A stretch of DNA of 64,000 bases from NCBI GenBank assembly GCA_951406725.2, contig OX597815.1, forward strand, positions 93,868,001 to 93,932,000. The letters are read 5' to 3'. The notes beneath the pieces are model-generated. The model was not told the origin of the DNA, ran no database searches, and saw only the letters and a list, made by a program, of their open reading frames with translations. A program made the position numbers and the translations under genes. This DNA comes from Octopus vulgaris (lineage: Eukaryota). This document shows, piece by piece, positions 1-26,050 of this stretch. Each line of letters opens with the position of its first letter. The first letter of the stretch is position 1.

Positions 1-540
1 CCATAACCCATGGCCTATGCCAGTGGGTATAACCAGCCCACTTATAAGTGCCCCTCATTCATTGGACAATAAACTTTGCTTGTGAAGACCTGTTGAGGCA
101 AGTGAAATCAAAATCAAAATTGCTGATGCAGCCAATGACAGTACCGCCTGATTGGCACTTGTGCCAGTGGAACGTTAAAAGCACCATCTGAACGTGATTG
201 TTGCAAGTGTTGCATATGCCGGTGGCACATGAAAAGACAACATTCGAGTGTGGTCGTTGCCAGTGCTGCCAGACTGGCTCCCATGCAGATAACACGTAAA
301 AAACACCTTTTGAGCATGGTCGTTGCCAGAACAGCCTGACTGCTCCTTGTGCCGGTGGTACATAAAAGCACGAACTACACTCTCAGAGTGGTTGACATTG
401 GGAAGGGCATCCGGCTGTAGAAACTTTGCCAGATCAGATTGGAGCCTAGTGCAGCCTTCTGGCTCGTCATTCCTCAGTCAAACCGTCCAACCCATGCCAG
501 CATGGAAAGTGAACGTTAAACAATGATGATGATGATGAAT
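1..540 (+). mobile_element. RTE LINE 3'UTR copy
   Basis: Same family as 55519-56447 and 59975-60500; ends ccaacccatgccagcatgga..cgttaaac(gat)n. Confidence 0.8.
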
Positions 541-1949
541 TCAAAGGAAGATAAACTCCTTGAATACCAATACCAACCATATCCTGGAGAAGAGGTAGGC
601 ACTACCAGAATTATCAAACCCAATTAAGCACTTGAGTGAAAGTTATACCAATATTTAATTCTATGTCAGATTGGTTGAAAGTCCAAGACTGAAAAGGGCA
701 GAAAAGATTGGTTGAGAAATTCAGGTGCCTCACTGACAGAAATGCTGCAGAATCAAATAGACTATATAATGGCACAAACATTCCCTTAGATTCTACTTGT
801 TTGATTCCATAATCTGAAACATGTTTAGCAGCTTGTTAGTTAGTAGTTTGATATCATCAGCATTTCTTTGTTAAGGGTGTTTCCAAGTTTTCTAAAATCT
901 AGGAGCCATTTGCTTGAGAGTTTGACTAGTTTGGAGAAAGAATTGTGAGTTTAGTCCCCACAGTGTTTGATTTTCAAAGTCCCAGAATCTTTGGCACAAC
1001 TGTTTTTAAATGATAGTGGGCAAGGTCTGTCTGTCTGCAGATAGATTCCAGTGCCATAGTCTGTCATGTTCCACTTTGAAACCTTCTCTGTATATGGCAT
1101 GATCATCTGTAGGTGGAATTTGAACTCAGAGTTGGAACAGTTACTACAAGGCATCTCAGCCAACACTCTAAAATTTCAATGAACCATTCTCCTGAACTGC
1201 TACTTTATTTATTGACCCCCTTAAAGAATGAAAAGCAGAATGTACCTCAGTGAAATTTGAGCCTAGAATGCAGAGCAGAAACAAATATGCTCTTGTAACT
1301 CTATCAGTTCACCACCATATATGGTATAAATGTTTGCAAAATATCACAAATATAATCTAAGATTTACAAAAATAGTCAGCAAACATTGAATATCTTAGAT
1401 ACATTTGTTTGGTCTTTGTTACATATCTACATAAATTTATGTCAAATGGCTGACTATATCAAATATGATTGCACTTGCTTTATTATTAAATACGAAAAGT
1501 TTGCTTTGTAAATATCCTGGAAGCAAAATGGTGGATTAATTAGTGTTCTAGCAATCCTTTTGTTAAATTAAAAAACACAAATAAATATTTAAATGAATGC
1601 TTTCTATGTTAATCTATTTACTATTCTTCTCAACACCTGTGTGTCAGTATCCCATATGCCAGTTATTCATGTATCAATGCCATATATGCCAGTGAGCTAC
1701 AATAAGTCAATTTATGATTATTATCTTGTATTAGCTTATATGTCAGACAGGCACAACATGCTCAAATTGAATTTTAAAAAAATTTAAAGCACATGATCAG
1801 GAATTTATATCTGGTGAGCTTTGAGCTTGAATCTGATGTCTAAGAGCTCTCTCTCTCCCTCTCTCTTTCTCTCTCTTTCATGGGTCAGATACGATTGGTC
1901 CAGGACTCATGCTTGGCTTCAATTGTGTTTTTTTACTTTTTGCCCTGTC

Positions 1950-4150
1950 TGTCACTGTTATGTTGTAAAATATTGGTGGAATTGGTAAAATGTTTGTAGC
2001 ATTGAGCTTATCATATGATAGAACAATTATGTTGGATCTGAAAAAAATTTGGTGATGAGAAGAGGAGGATCTTCTACAAAGCTCTTTGGTTGGAGATGTA
2101 TACTTACATTGAAGACTCAATTGGCTTACAATTATGATGTTTTGAGAAATTTGTGAACAGTAAGAGTGACTTAGAAAGACATTTGCAAAGTATCCAGCTA
2201 GGGAATAACAAAAATGCATGGTTCTAAACTGGAAAAGAAAATAGAAAAAGTTGAGATAATTTTAGGAAATTATTTCAAAAGGAGGAAAAACCTTTACCAA
2301 TGGAGAATATTGTTAGGCATTTAATTTCTGATTTCAACAACAAAAATGATATAATTAATATAATAAAAAAGTTCTCCCCCACCAAAAATAACCAAAGAGC
2401 TATTGATATGGCATCAAATATTACTGAATAACATATCAAAGACATTAATTCTCCTCCAGGATATTCAGTTGCTTGTGATGAGTCATGTGATGTAAATAAT
2501 GTTGGACAGATTGCATTTATGTAGATTTATTTATTGTAAAGGTTCTCAGGAAGAACTGATTGAATTAACAAAAAAATGAGAGACAAGCAAGTGGCAAATA
2601 TATTTGTTAGACTGATTTCAATTGTTTGAAAGAGAAGAAAATAAGCGCTAAAAATTTAGTTTCAGTAGCAATAGATGGGTTACCAAGCATGAAAAGGATA
2701 AAGAAGGGATTTGTGATTCTCCTGATGACTTAATCAAAAATTGCTTTCTTTTCATTGTGTCATTCACCAAAACAGCACTCTGCACTCAAACTTTACTTCC
2801 CAAGCGTAAGAAAGTTATGAATCTTAAATCAAAGTTGTAAATGAAATAATAGCAAAGAGGTCTAAATTACTATGCATTACTAAAAGAGATTAACTGTATT
2901 TATTCAAATTTATTGCTGCATAATAACATCTAAGAATTTTCTAAAGGTGATGTTCTGAAAAGATTTGCAGCTTACATAGAGTACCTTTGGTAATTCTTCC
3001 AAACATTTTGTGGTAATGCTAGTAGCTATCCTGAATTGGAAGATCCTGATTGGCTAGTAAAGTTACATTTCATGGTGGATTTGCTTAGCAAACATTTTCA
3101 AGGAAAAACAAACACATCTCTTCAGTAATGGGAAGAAGTTTGTAACATTTAAGCACAAATTTATAGAGCTTGTGAAAGTCCTTCAAAATAATATAAACTA
3201 GCTGATTTTTACCTCACTTATAAATTTCAGTGGAAGGAAAAATAACATCAGTGCAAGTTATTTGTAACTAACCATCAAAAACATAAAAAATAAATTTGGT
3301 AAAAGGTTTACAGCTTTTCCAAAAGAAAAAAAGCAGTGGTAGTGATCCTTCTAGCACCCATTGACGCAGAAATATCATAAATAAATCTATCAGTATTTTA
3401 AAAGATTAGTCAGTCTGATTTTGAGATCAAAATAGTAGGTGTATCTGATAAGGAATTGTGAGCATCAAAATTTTTTAAATATATAAATTTAGCTCAAAGA
3501 AATCTACTGTTAGAAGAACAAACTTGCAGAAAATCATAACGATTCCAGAGTTTGGAATTCAGTTACTAACAATAACTCTGAGCACCTTTTCAAACTTCAC
3601 CTGTCTAACACCCGTGGACATGTTTACAAAGTCAGAAAACAGCACAGCTCCCATGACTTTCGGAAACACTTTTTCGTGCTAAGAGTTGCTGAAGCATGGA
3701 ACAAACTGCCGGCATCAGTTGTTAGTTGTCGGAGCACTGCATCCTTCAAAACTTCCATGCTTCCTGAGATTTGCCAACACTACACCTGATTTTCTCCCCT
3801 CCATACACACACAAGTATGTATCTGACTCATAAACTGTTCACTTCTCAGACATTTGTACATTACTGCATATGCTTTATATGCACTTTTGACAAGTTGTGG
3901 TACACCTGAGCACTGTATACGATAATTTCATTATTATTATTAATTTTTTTTATTCTGAATAATTATAAAAGCATAAAAAAATTGATTTTCAGATAAACCT
4001 GTTTCTGTGAAGAAATCTTTTTATAAATGAATTTAATGAAATCAATGTACCACACAAAATTGTCTGTAAAAAAATATTAGTTACTGGTTATGACTCAAAC
4101 ATTGAAATGATTTCGGATAAGATTCAAAACCAAAAATTACATTGAGAAAT
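1950..4150 (+). pseudogene. Degenerate hAT (Charlie/SPIN, GTF2IRD2-like) transposase relic
   Basis: Broken-frame motifs YSVACDESCDV, VSVAIDGLPSM..IKKGFV, FHCVIHQ, YSNLLLHN, SKGDVLKRF and YPELEDPDWLVKLHFMVD; interrupted by a LINE fragment at 3563-3945. Confidence 0.8.
3563..3945 (+). mobile_element. CR1-like LINE 3' fragment inserted in the hAT relic
   Basis: Near-identical reverse complement of 8635-9012 (NTRGHVYKVRKQH...RVAEAWNKLP); (TTA)n tail. Confidence 0.85.
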
Positions 4151-4919
4151 ATAAAAAAAGTAATCTAAATTTATATTTCCTTGGAAATAATATTGTTTGT
4201 GACAAGTAATATGACCCTAGTTTATTTTCTTTTTATCTTTTTTATTTTTAATGGCTAAAAACTAAACTTTTCTCTTTGGGTTGGAAAGGTTCCCATACAT
4301 AAACAAAGTAATTACAAGACTAAATCAAAAAACTGCACTGAATGTTAGTGATTTTGTTTTAATTAATAATACAACTGGGGCAATTATAATACCCCATTGT
4401 AATCTTGTATCAGACAGAATTATAACAACAATAATTATTGTTGTTATTTTTATTATTTTTATGTTTATAGTATTCTATATATAATTGCATTTATGTACAC
4501 TATTACTTGAAATTTCATTGTAGTGTTTAAGGAATCATTGTAGGTGGTTACATCATTGTAAATAACTTTACAGATATTTAGTAGACCTAGTAGTGGGTTG
4601 TTAGCAACAGGCCTTCAGTTGAATTTGTTAATATCTCTGTGGTAAATAAGAAGGAACAGAAGATTTGGTTATAGTAGTTGTTGCCATTGTTATTGTTTTG
4701 TTTCAGATCAGGCTTAATTCTATCAGACTTCTGATTAAAGTGGTTCCAGTTTTAACTATCCTGTCTTCTACTCACACACAGGGTATTTAGGTTGTCATTA
4801 TCCAATTTTAAAAATTAGATATGATTTTTGAAGCATTGACTCTTGATTCAGTTGCTTTTTTTATCAGGTTGAGCAACTAAAGTTTCCTCCATTGTCTTAT
4901 CATAAAGACAGATATAAGC

Positions 4920-5490
4920 ATTCTTACAGTGGTGAAAGGTAGAATCTCCATGTTGCAGTATTGATGGATAGAAACTCCCTTACTGTTGCAATGATGGGTA
5001 GAAGCATCTTATTGTGGTAATGGTGAGTAAAGACTCCCTTACAATGGTAATGATAGGTAGAAGCTCTTCTATTGTGGTAATGGTATAATAGATGGTAGAG
5101 TCTCTATTGCTGTGGTAATGCTGAGTAGAACTTCTTTATGGTGGTAGTGATGGATAAAGGCTCCCCTTTTTTTGTGATAATGCTGCTTAAGGTGAATAGA
5201 GACTCTTCCACTGTAGTAATAGTGAGGCAGAGATGTCCCCACTATGATAATGGTGGTTAGAAAGTTCCCCACTGTAGTAGTGTTACATAGAGACTCCTGT
5301 CCCATGATAATTGTGGGTAAAAATTTTCTCACAGTGGCAATGATAGTCTTCTGTACTGTAGGTAGAAACTCTAACACTGTAGTAATGATTGGTACCATTG
5401 CGATATGGTAAGAGCTCCCTTGCTGTGATAATGATGTGAAGGTGGAAGCCTCCTCAGTGTGCATATAATAAATAGAGGCTCCTTTAGTGG
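4920..5490. repeat. Degenerate minisatellite, about 29-bp unit (actgtggtaatgatgggtagaagctccct-like)
   Basis: Periodic ..tgtggtaatg..ggtagaa.ctc.. units. Confidence 0.8.
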
Positions 5491-6429
5491 CTTATTATTA
5501 TTTAGACTCAGGTCATCTTTGATCAAGCTGGTCAATGATCAAATGTATTTCTGCCCTGGCAAACTTTTTTTTTTTTTTTCAGAAATAGTGTATAAAGACC
5601 ACATTATATAAGATGGTAAAATGTTATTTGAGAAAGATTAAGCAGCTATTTCTAGCAACTTGATTTTGGAAGAATTGGGAAAAGTGACAGATTGATGTTA
5701 GTTAAGAATATAGTTGCATGTCTGTTGGTTATACAATATGAAAGGTGAGGCCCAGAAAGAAAGGTAAAGCTGAGGCTGAATGCCTTGTGTCAAATTAAAT
5801 GGTGGAAGTGTAACTAGGGAGTGCATTTACACAAATATTCCTTAATCTTCAGCCGAGCTGATATGAGGAGCCTTTATGTAGTCATTTGACCTACTAGAAA
5901 TAGTAACCAAATATATCTTAAATTACACTCAACCATAGAATAAAGGACACATTGGAAAATATAGTATCTGATATATAAATATGGTGACAAATGAAATATG
6001 TCTGTTTGATTAGACTTTGCAATCTTAACCTTTAAAAAATAACAATAAGGGCATCCAGCTGTAGAAACACTGCCAGATCAGACTGGAGCCTGGTGCAGCC
6101 TTCTGGCTTCCCAAATTCCTGGTTGAACCGTCCAACTCATGCTAGCATGGAGAAGGGACGTTAAACGATGATGATGATGTTAGACTTTTAAAAAATAAGA
6201 CAAAATCATGTCAGCCCTTCTCCTCCTCTTCTTGTCATCATCATCAACATTATATGTATTAAGCACACTTGCATTTTCATTTCTCAGTTTCTAGACTAGT
6301 TCTTTTTCACCCTATGCTTATCTCTAAACCTTATTCCTATAACCGCTCTTGACACATTCACTGTTCCTTCCTTTTTCACTCTTTTTAGCTCCTACTTCTC
6401 ATTCCCTTTTTTAAGCCTCTCTCCACATG

Positions 6430-6830
6430 ACCACATCTCATTAAAGCCTTACATTTCAGGGTTTTATTCAAGGACTATATTTCAGTACAACACTCTATAC
6501 AGGACTGTGTTTCTTTACACAGAACAAAGTCTCTCTACAATTCTCTCAACAGGTTCGTGTCTTTCTACAATTTTTTACAGAGGAGTATATATCTATGCAG
6601 CACAAGGTCTCTCTCTACCCATGACTATGCCTCTCTACAGTTCTACATAAGACTGTTTGTCTACAACCCTTTATTTGGGATTGTAGTTTTCTATAACACT
6701 AACTCAGATTAACACTGGATTTATTTATACCCTTCTAGAATTCTCTATGCCAAGTCTATATCTACACTGGACTATATCTCTTTACATGGAAATAATGTTT
6801 CTCTGCAATTCTCTACATAGAACATCTCAA
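6430..6830. repeat. Degenerate minisatellite (ctctacaca-ggactat-like)
   Basis: Recurring tctctac / ggactat motifs. Confidence 0.55.
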
Positions 6831-7336
6831 TTCATCTCATATGTCACACACCACAGCTTGCTTTTTTTAAAACATCACTCTCTATTTTTTGAAAACTTTT
6901 ATCTGTTTTCTCGTGATTTCTATTTGTGAAAATATTTTAGTTTGAAATTTCAAACAGGAAAAGAAACACTATGATTTATTTTTTTAAAATTAGGAACTAG
7001 ATTTTCTTATTTAATTCAGTTAAATATTATATATTATTACAGTTTTCAACTGTAAAACTCAAAGTAGATAAAGCTATAAATAATAACAAAAGTCAAAGGC
7101 TGCTTATGAGACTGATTTTTTTCTACCCAAAAGAGTTTTCAAGCCAATGTTTACATGCTATTATTTATAACTTTCTCTTTTGAGTTCTTCAGTTAAAAAC
7201 AAATTATTTTACCTAAATTCTTATGACATAAATTATAAATTGTGATCTCTGATCTTTCGCTTATGACTTATTGTTGCAGCAACTTTTTGTTAATTGAATT
7301 GTTTCTATTTTCTTTATCTTTTCGGTCCATCTACAG

Positions 7337-21120
<13,784 letters not shown>

Positions 21121-22124
21121 CCCAATATAACAGCGAAGAAACCTCATACTACTGAGCTCAGACTTAAGTGACTTTTTATCTTACTGCTCATAGTTCTGAG
21201 TTCAATTTCAAGCAAAATTTATTTTACATTTTACTTCTGCAGTTGTGAAGAAATATATGGAACTGAAAACAATTTTTACAAAGGTGTGTACATAAAAAAA
21301 AATCAAAAAGTTCCTGTTGAAAAGATGCCAGTATTCTATATTAAAATCCATCTCTCAGTTATCAGCTATTTCCCAAGAGTTATTTATTAGCCGACAAATA
21401 AGTACATATTTCAATTCAAACGTGAACATTTATTCTAAGCAAATAATCTTGCTGCTGTTCCTAAATAGTTCTTGACCAACAGTCATTTGACCCTGTATAC
21501 TTGATACCTCATTCACAATAAGAAAAAGAGGAGAAAGAAACAATACAAAAGACAATTACATAATAATACTATTTATTCCACTGTTGCTGTTGATAATGTG
21601 ATGTCAGCAAAGAAAACGGACATAAAATAATAATGTTGATAAGTATGTGTGTGACATCAGAATATTTGTATTAATAACCAAGTATTGACTGTAATAATGA
21701 TAATGAAGTGATGATATGAGTAAGTATACAGGTTTTAATAGTTTGATAACACATCAGTGGAAATTAAATTTATATTGCATATGTATGTCAACAAGTTATT
21801 GATCATTTAAAAACTTAAGTAAAATTTACCTGAAACATCATACATTGTATAAGAATTGCATATGTTTAAGAATACATATCCAATTACAAAATATAAAAAT
21901 AAGAACAAGAAAATCCCAAAATATTATTTCGAGAACAGATGTAAATGATGACGATTAGGAGTGTGTAAAGCTACGACTAACTCTGAGGCTAACACTGCCC
22001 TAACTCTGAGACTTTCAGCTCTGTTCTTCTTAATCAGCAAAACCAATGAATAAATTCTATATACATAATGAGCCTTCTTTTCCTCTAGTTAATGAATCCA
22101 AACGAATGTGTGTGTGGTTCAAAA

Positions 22125-22320
22125 TTATACAAAAGACAAAAAACATAAGCTAGTGACAGGTGAGGGAACAACAAATAAGTTGATGCTCAGGAAAAAGGAA
22201 AAAATCCTTGATGTTTTGAGCCTATGCTCATCTACAGAAAGAAATGAGAGAAAATAGAAGAGAGAAGAACAAAGGTGGAGAGAACAAACCGTGTCTGGAT
22301 TAACAGTTGCACAGTATATT
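22125..22320 (-). mobile_element. Diverged Penelope-like pLTR fragment
   Basis: Similar to 36215-36420 (gctcagg...gttttgagcctatgctc...cagaaag); abuts (TG)n(TA)n. Confidence 0.5.
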
Positions 22321-22359
<39 letters not shown>

Positions 22360-22364
<5 letters not shown>

Positions 22365-22592
22365 CAACATTTGAGCGTGGCCATTGCCAGTACCGCCTGA
22401 CTGGCCCTCGTGCCACTGGCATGTAAAAGCACCCACTACACTCTCAGAGTGGTTGGCATTAGGAAGGGCATCCAGCTGTAGAAACTCTGCCAGATCAGAT
22501 TGGAGTCTGGTGCAGCCATCTGGTTCACCAGACCTCAGTCAAATCATCCAACCCATGCTAGCATGGAAAGCAGACGTTAAATGATGATGATG
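22360..22592 (+). mobile_element. RTE LINE 3' tail; shorter copies at 6047-6180, 8295-8445, 28660-28885, 49485-49640 and 57360-57560(-)
   Basis: ggaagggcatccagctgtagaaac...ccaacccatgc...gttaaa(tga)n. Confidence 0.78.
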
Positions 22593-23989
22593 TTGGTACC
22601 ATGTAGAAAGCACCCAGTTCATTCTGTAAAGTGGTTAGCATTAGGAAGGGCATCTAGCTATAGAAACTGTGGTCAATATAATCAACTTACCCTCTCCATG
22701 AAATAGCTGGCCTTGTGCCATAATTTGAAACCAATATTAGCAGGTTCCAAACTATTTATTCAAAATTGATTATCAACTAATTATTATTATTATTATTATT
22801 ATTATGAAAATTTATTCTTCCCAAATGATTGCAATAAGCAGTTTCCACTGTGTGTAGACACTCACACACACACACACAGATATGAAATATTGTATTAATA
22901 ATAATAATAATAATAATTAAATATTAAAACTTCTCATTAAAATTGTAAACGACATGGGAGAACTATTGTATTTCTCTGCATGGGTTCTCTAGCATAGTGA
23001 CCATTAACATACTTAAGGAATAGCTTTCATAAACATCACTCACTTTGGCTATTATTTTGTTTGTGATACAACAGCTAAGTTTTCATTTGCAAAATATGCA
23101 TTTTTCAAACGACAGTAAAAAATCTGAAAATCAGCTATAATAATGTGGCCTTCCAGTCTCATTGCTTTGAAGGCATAATGTTGTGGAGGCAAAAATTGGA
23201 GAAAAAAGTGACAGAGGTTTAAAAATTGAAAAAAACTGTATATTTTTAGACAATAGCGACACAGAAATTTTCTGCATTTAGTGAAGCAGTGTCGACTTTA
23301 AGGTTGTTCCCTGTGAAATTTAGAGTTTAGCGTCTGACCTGTTCATTGTAGGTTTCTAAATAAACAGAAATACCTAATGAAATCAACATGTATCATCTTA
23401 CTGTTTCTCTTGTCTCTTCATTGATTGTATGGTTTAATTATTTTTTAAAAATTTGTTATATAAATGTATGTCTGCATGTGTTTACTTTATGCATATTTCA
23501 GTATTATGTATACTTGTCATGTATTTGTGTACATCATTAATATATAAGTGCATGTGGACTTATGTATTCATATATATATGTTTATTTGTACATTTATGCA
23601 TTCATGTGTGTGTATGTGAAGGTGGTGTCTGTCTCCTAAACTCCAAAGTTGAGTAACGTTTTCATGCTTGGATTTGTAAACTACGATAAGAATAACAGTA
23701 GTCAACAAAGAATTTGTCCCAAGGAAAAGAATAACTGTACCTTTTATGTTTCTGCATGTAGAATTCAAAAATAATGGCAAATTATCTCTATTACCCACAG
23801 TTTCTCTGTTCCACAATATCCCTCTCAGTTCCTGTTACGTGGGCTAAATTTCAGTTAAACTGTTGAAACATGAAGCTAATGGTTTGAGAAATACTCCTAA
23901 TTTAAATTTTTATGAACAGAATTAACCTAGTGAAATCATAAACCCAGCTATTTGAGTCAATGAGTCCCAAAAATATATGAAAAAAAAAA

Positions 23990-24110
23990 TGTAGAAATAC
24001 TAACACAGAAAAAAGCACAGAAAAATACTAACACACAGAAAAAAGTACAAAAAAGTTACTGACTCACAGAAGTACAGAAAAATATGTAATATACTAACAC
24101 ACAGAAGAAT
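23990..24110. repeat. Short tandem repeat (aatactaacacacagaaaaaagtacag-like)
   Basis: About four imperfect units. Confidence 0.7.
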
Positions 24111-25990
24111 TGAAACTAAACATGCGGGTGAAAAGAATCTCAAGGTGTGAAGAATTAACTGAAAAATCAGCGTTTGGTTGTCATGGTAACAAGCTGCTAA
24201 TGCCATGCTGTCTGTTGATTAGCTGAAATTGCCCAAATTTCCCAACTTTAATTCCAAATAACATCAGATTCTTTAATTTACGAGATAATGTAATTGGTTG
24301 ATCATAATCAAAATTCAGAGTTGCATCGATACATCTTATTTTATTCAAATGTAACTGGATCAATCAATGTTTACAATTCCTCTTTCCCATCAGCTCCCAT
24401 CTGCTCTAGACCTGTTGTACACTCCATCCTCATTGCTTATATGTTTATATGATAAATGAGCAAAACGCCTCCCAGTCCAATGAACGGTGCTGAGTTGTCA
24501 AACATTTAAACCAAATTTTCTCAAAACAACTTGTCCGACTGTCCCATAGGTCTCCCCTTTGAGAAACACTGCTTTAACCTAAATTAGAGACACCAGCAAA
24601 AGAAGAAATAAAGATAGACTTTTTTTCTATTCCAAAGAAAAACGATTTTATTCCCACAAATATGCAACCGAAGAGAACGTACCTGAGACAATAATAAGTT
24701 TATCCGATAAACTGGTCAATTGCAGGTTAATTTAGAAAATACAAATATTGCATGATTAAGAAGCAAGTAAATAGTCTTTTGCTTCTAAAATTGAAGTATT
24801 TTGACTACATTCACCTTGAAATAAAGCTCAAACAATCTTGATTGAATACAATAATGGTTTTCTTTCACTAAAAAACACACTTTTTTTGGTTTAAAGCTGT
24901 AAGGCAACAAAAATCATTTATTAGCAAGAAAATAATATTTTCTTCCTTGAATAAAAAGCAATGAGTGTTTTCTTTTCATTAAAAAATAATTAAGCATGCC
25001 TTTATAAAATTTTTGGTTTTATTAAACGAAGTTAAGGCAAAAAAAAACTTCTTGAGAAACCAAATAGTCTTTCCTTCCTTCATGCCAAGTTTGAAGAAAA
25101 TATCTCTTTTGCATCTTACTTTTTTGGTCTCTTAAATATACTGCATTTTGTGGCATTATTTCAAGCCAGCCGGCTTTTTTTTGCGCAAACTGCACGTGCA
25201 TTTTTCTAGCATACACGTAGCATCGATCCCAACTGCTGATGTACTTGCGCATACAAATGCACATTCCCACGGCTTTATCGATCGCATTCTCGCTGGAATC
25301 GATTTTTGTAATTTTTTCAAGACTTATACACGCCCTGATACTGTCAGTATCTACATATCAAATTTGAGTGCAATTGGATGGAGGATGCCCAAGATCCTAG
25401 AAGACACACACACAAACAAACAGAACGGATTTTATATAATAGATATGCCATTTAGTGTGTACATGTGTATAAATATTGTATTAATAATGATAATAATTGC
25501 TAGCTGGGCCTGTGAAAAATTCATGGAAAACATAAAAAATGTAAGCATCTGCAATTTCTGTGCTGGTGCTATGAGAAATGTTTCTCTGTTGTGGCAGTTA
25601 CAGAATACAGAAAGAAGTGTAAAACCGATAGCTATATAATCAACCAATATATTTCAGTTACGCAAACGTAAACAGAATTACTATTTAGCCTTAAAATACA
25701 TCATACATATTCAAAAAACCTTCTTGGTTTAGTGGTACGGAACATTTTTCAGGTATTCTTTTATTCTTTTTACTTGTTTCAGTCATTTGACGGTGGCCAT
25801 GCTGGAGCACCGCCCTTTAGTTGATGACCTCAACCCCTGAATTTATTCCCTGTAAGCCTGGTGCTTATTCTGTCAGTCACTTCTGCTGAACAGCTAAGTT
25901 ACAGGGACACAAACACACCAACATTGGTGGTGTAGGGACAAGCACACACATACATTAATATATATATTTATATATATATAAAGAGGCCTG

Positions 25991-26050
<60 letters not shown>

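Noticed and set aside
532-594. ATG..KEDKLLEYQYQPYPGEE followed by gtaggc as a possible phase-0 LRMDA first exon
   Set aside because: The ATGs come from the (GAT)n tail of an RTE repeat and the peptide shows no similarity to LRMDA N-termini.
21941-22015. ATGATGA ... CTGA ... CTGA resembling a C/D snoRNA
   Set aside because: No terminal stem or recognisable rRNA guide; probably LRMDA 3'UTR with a short taactctgag duplication.
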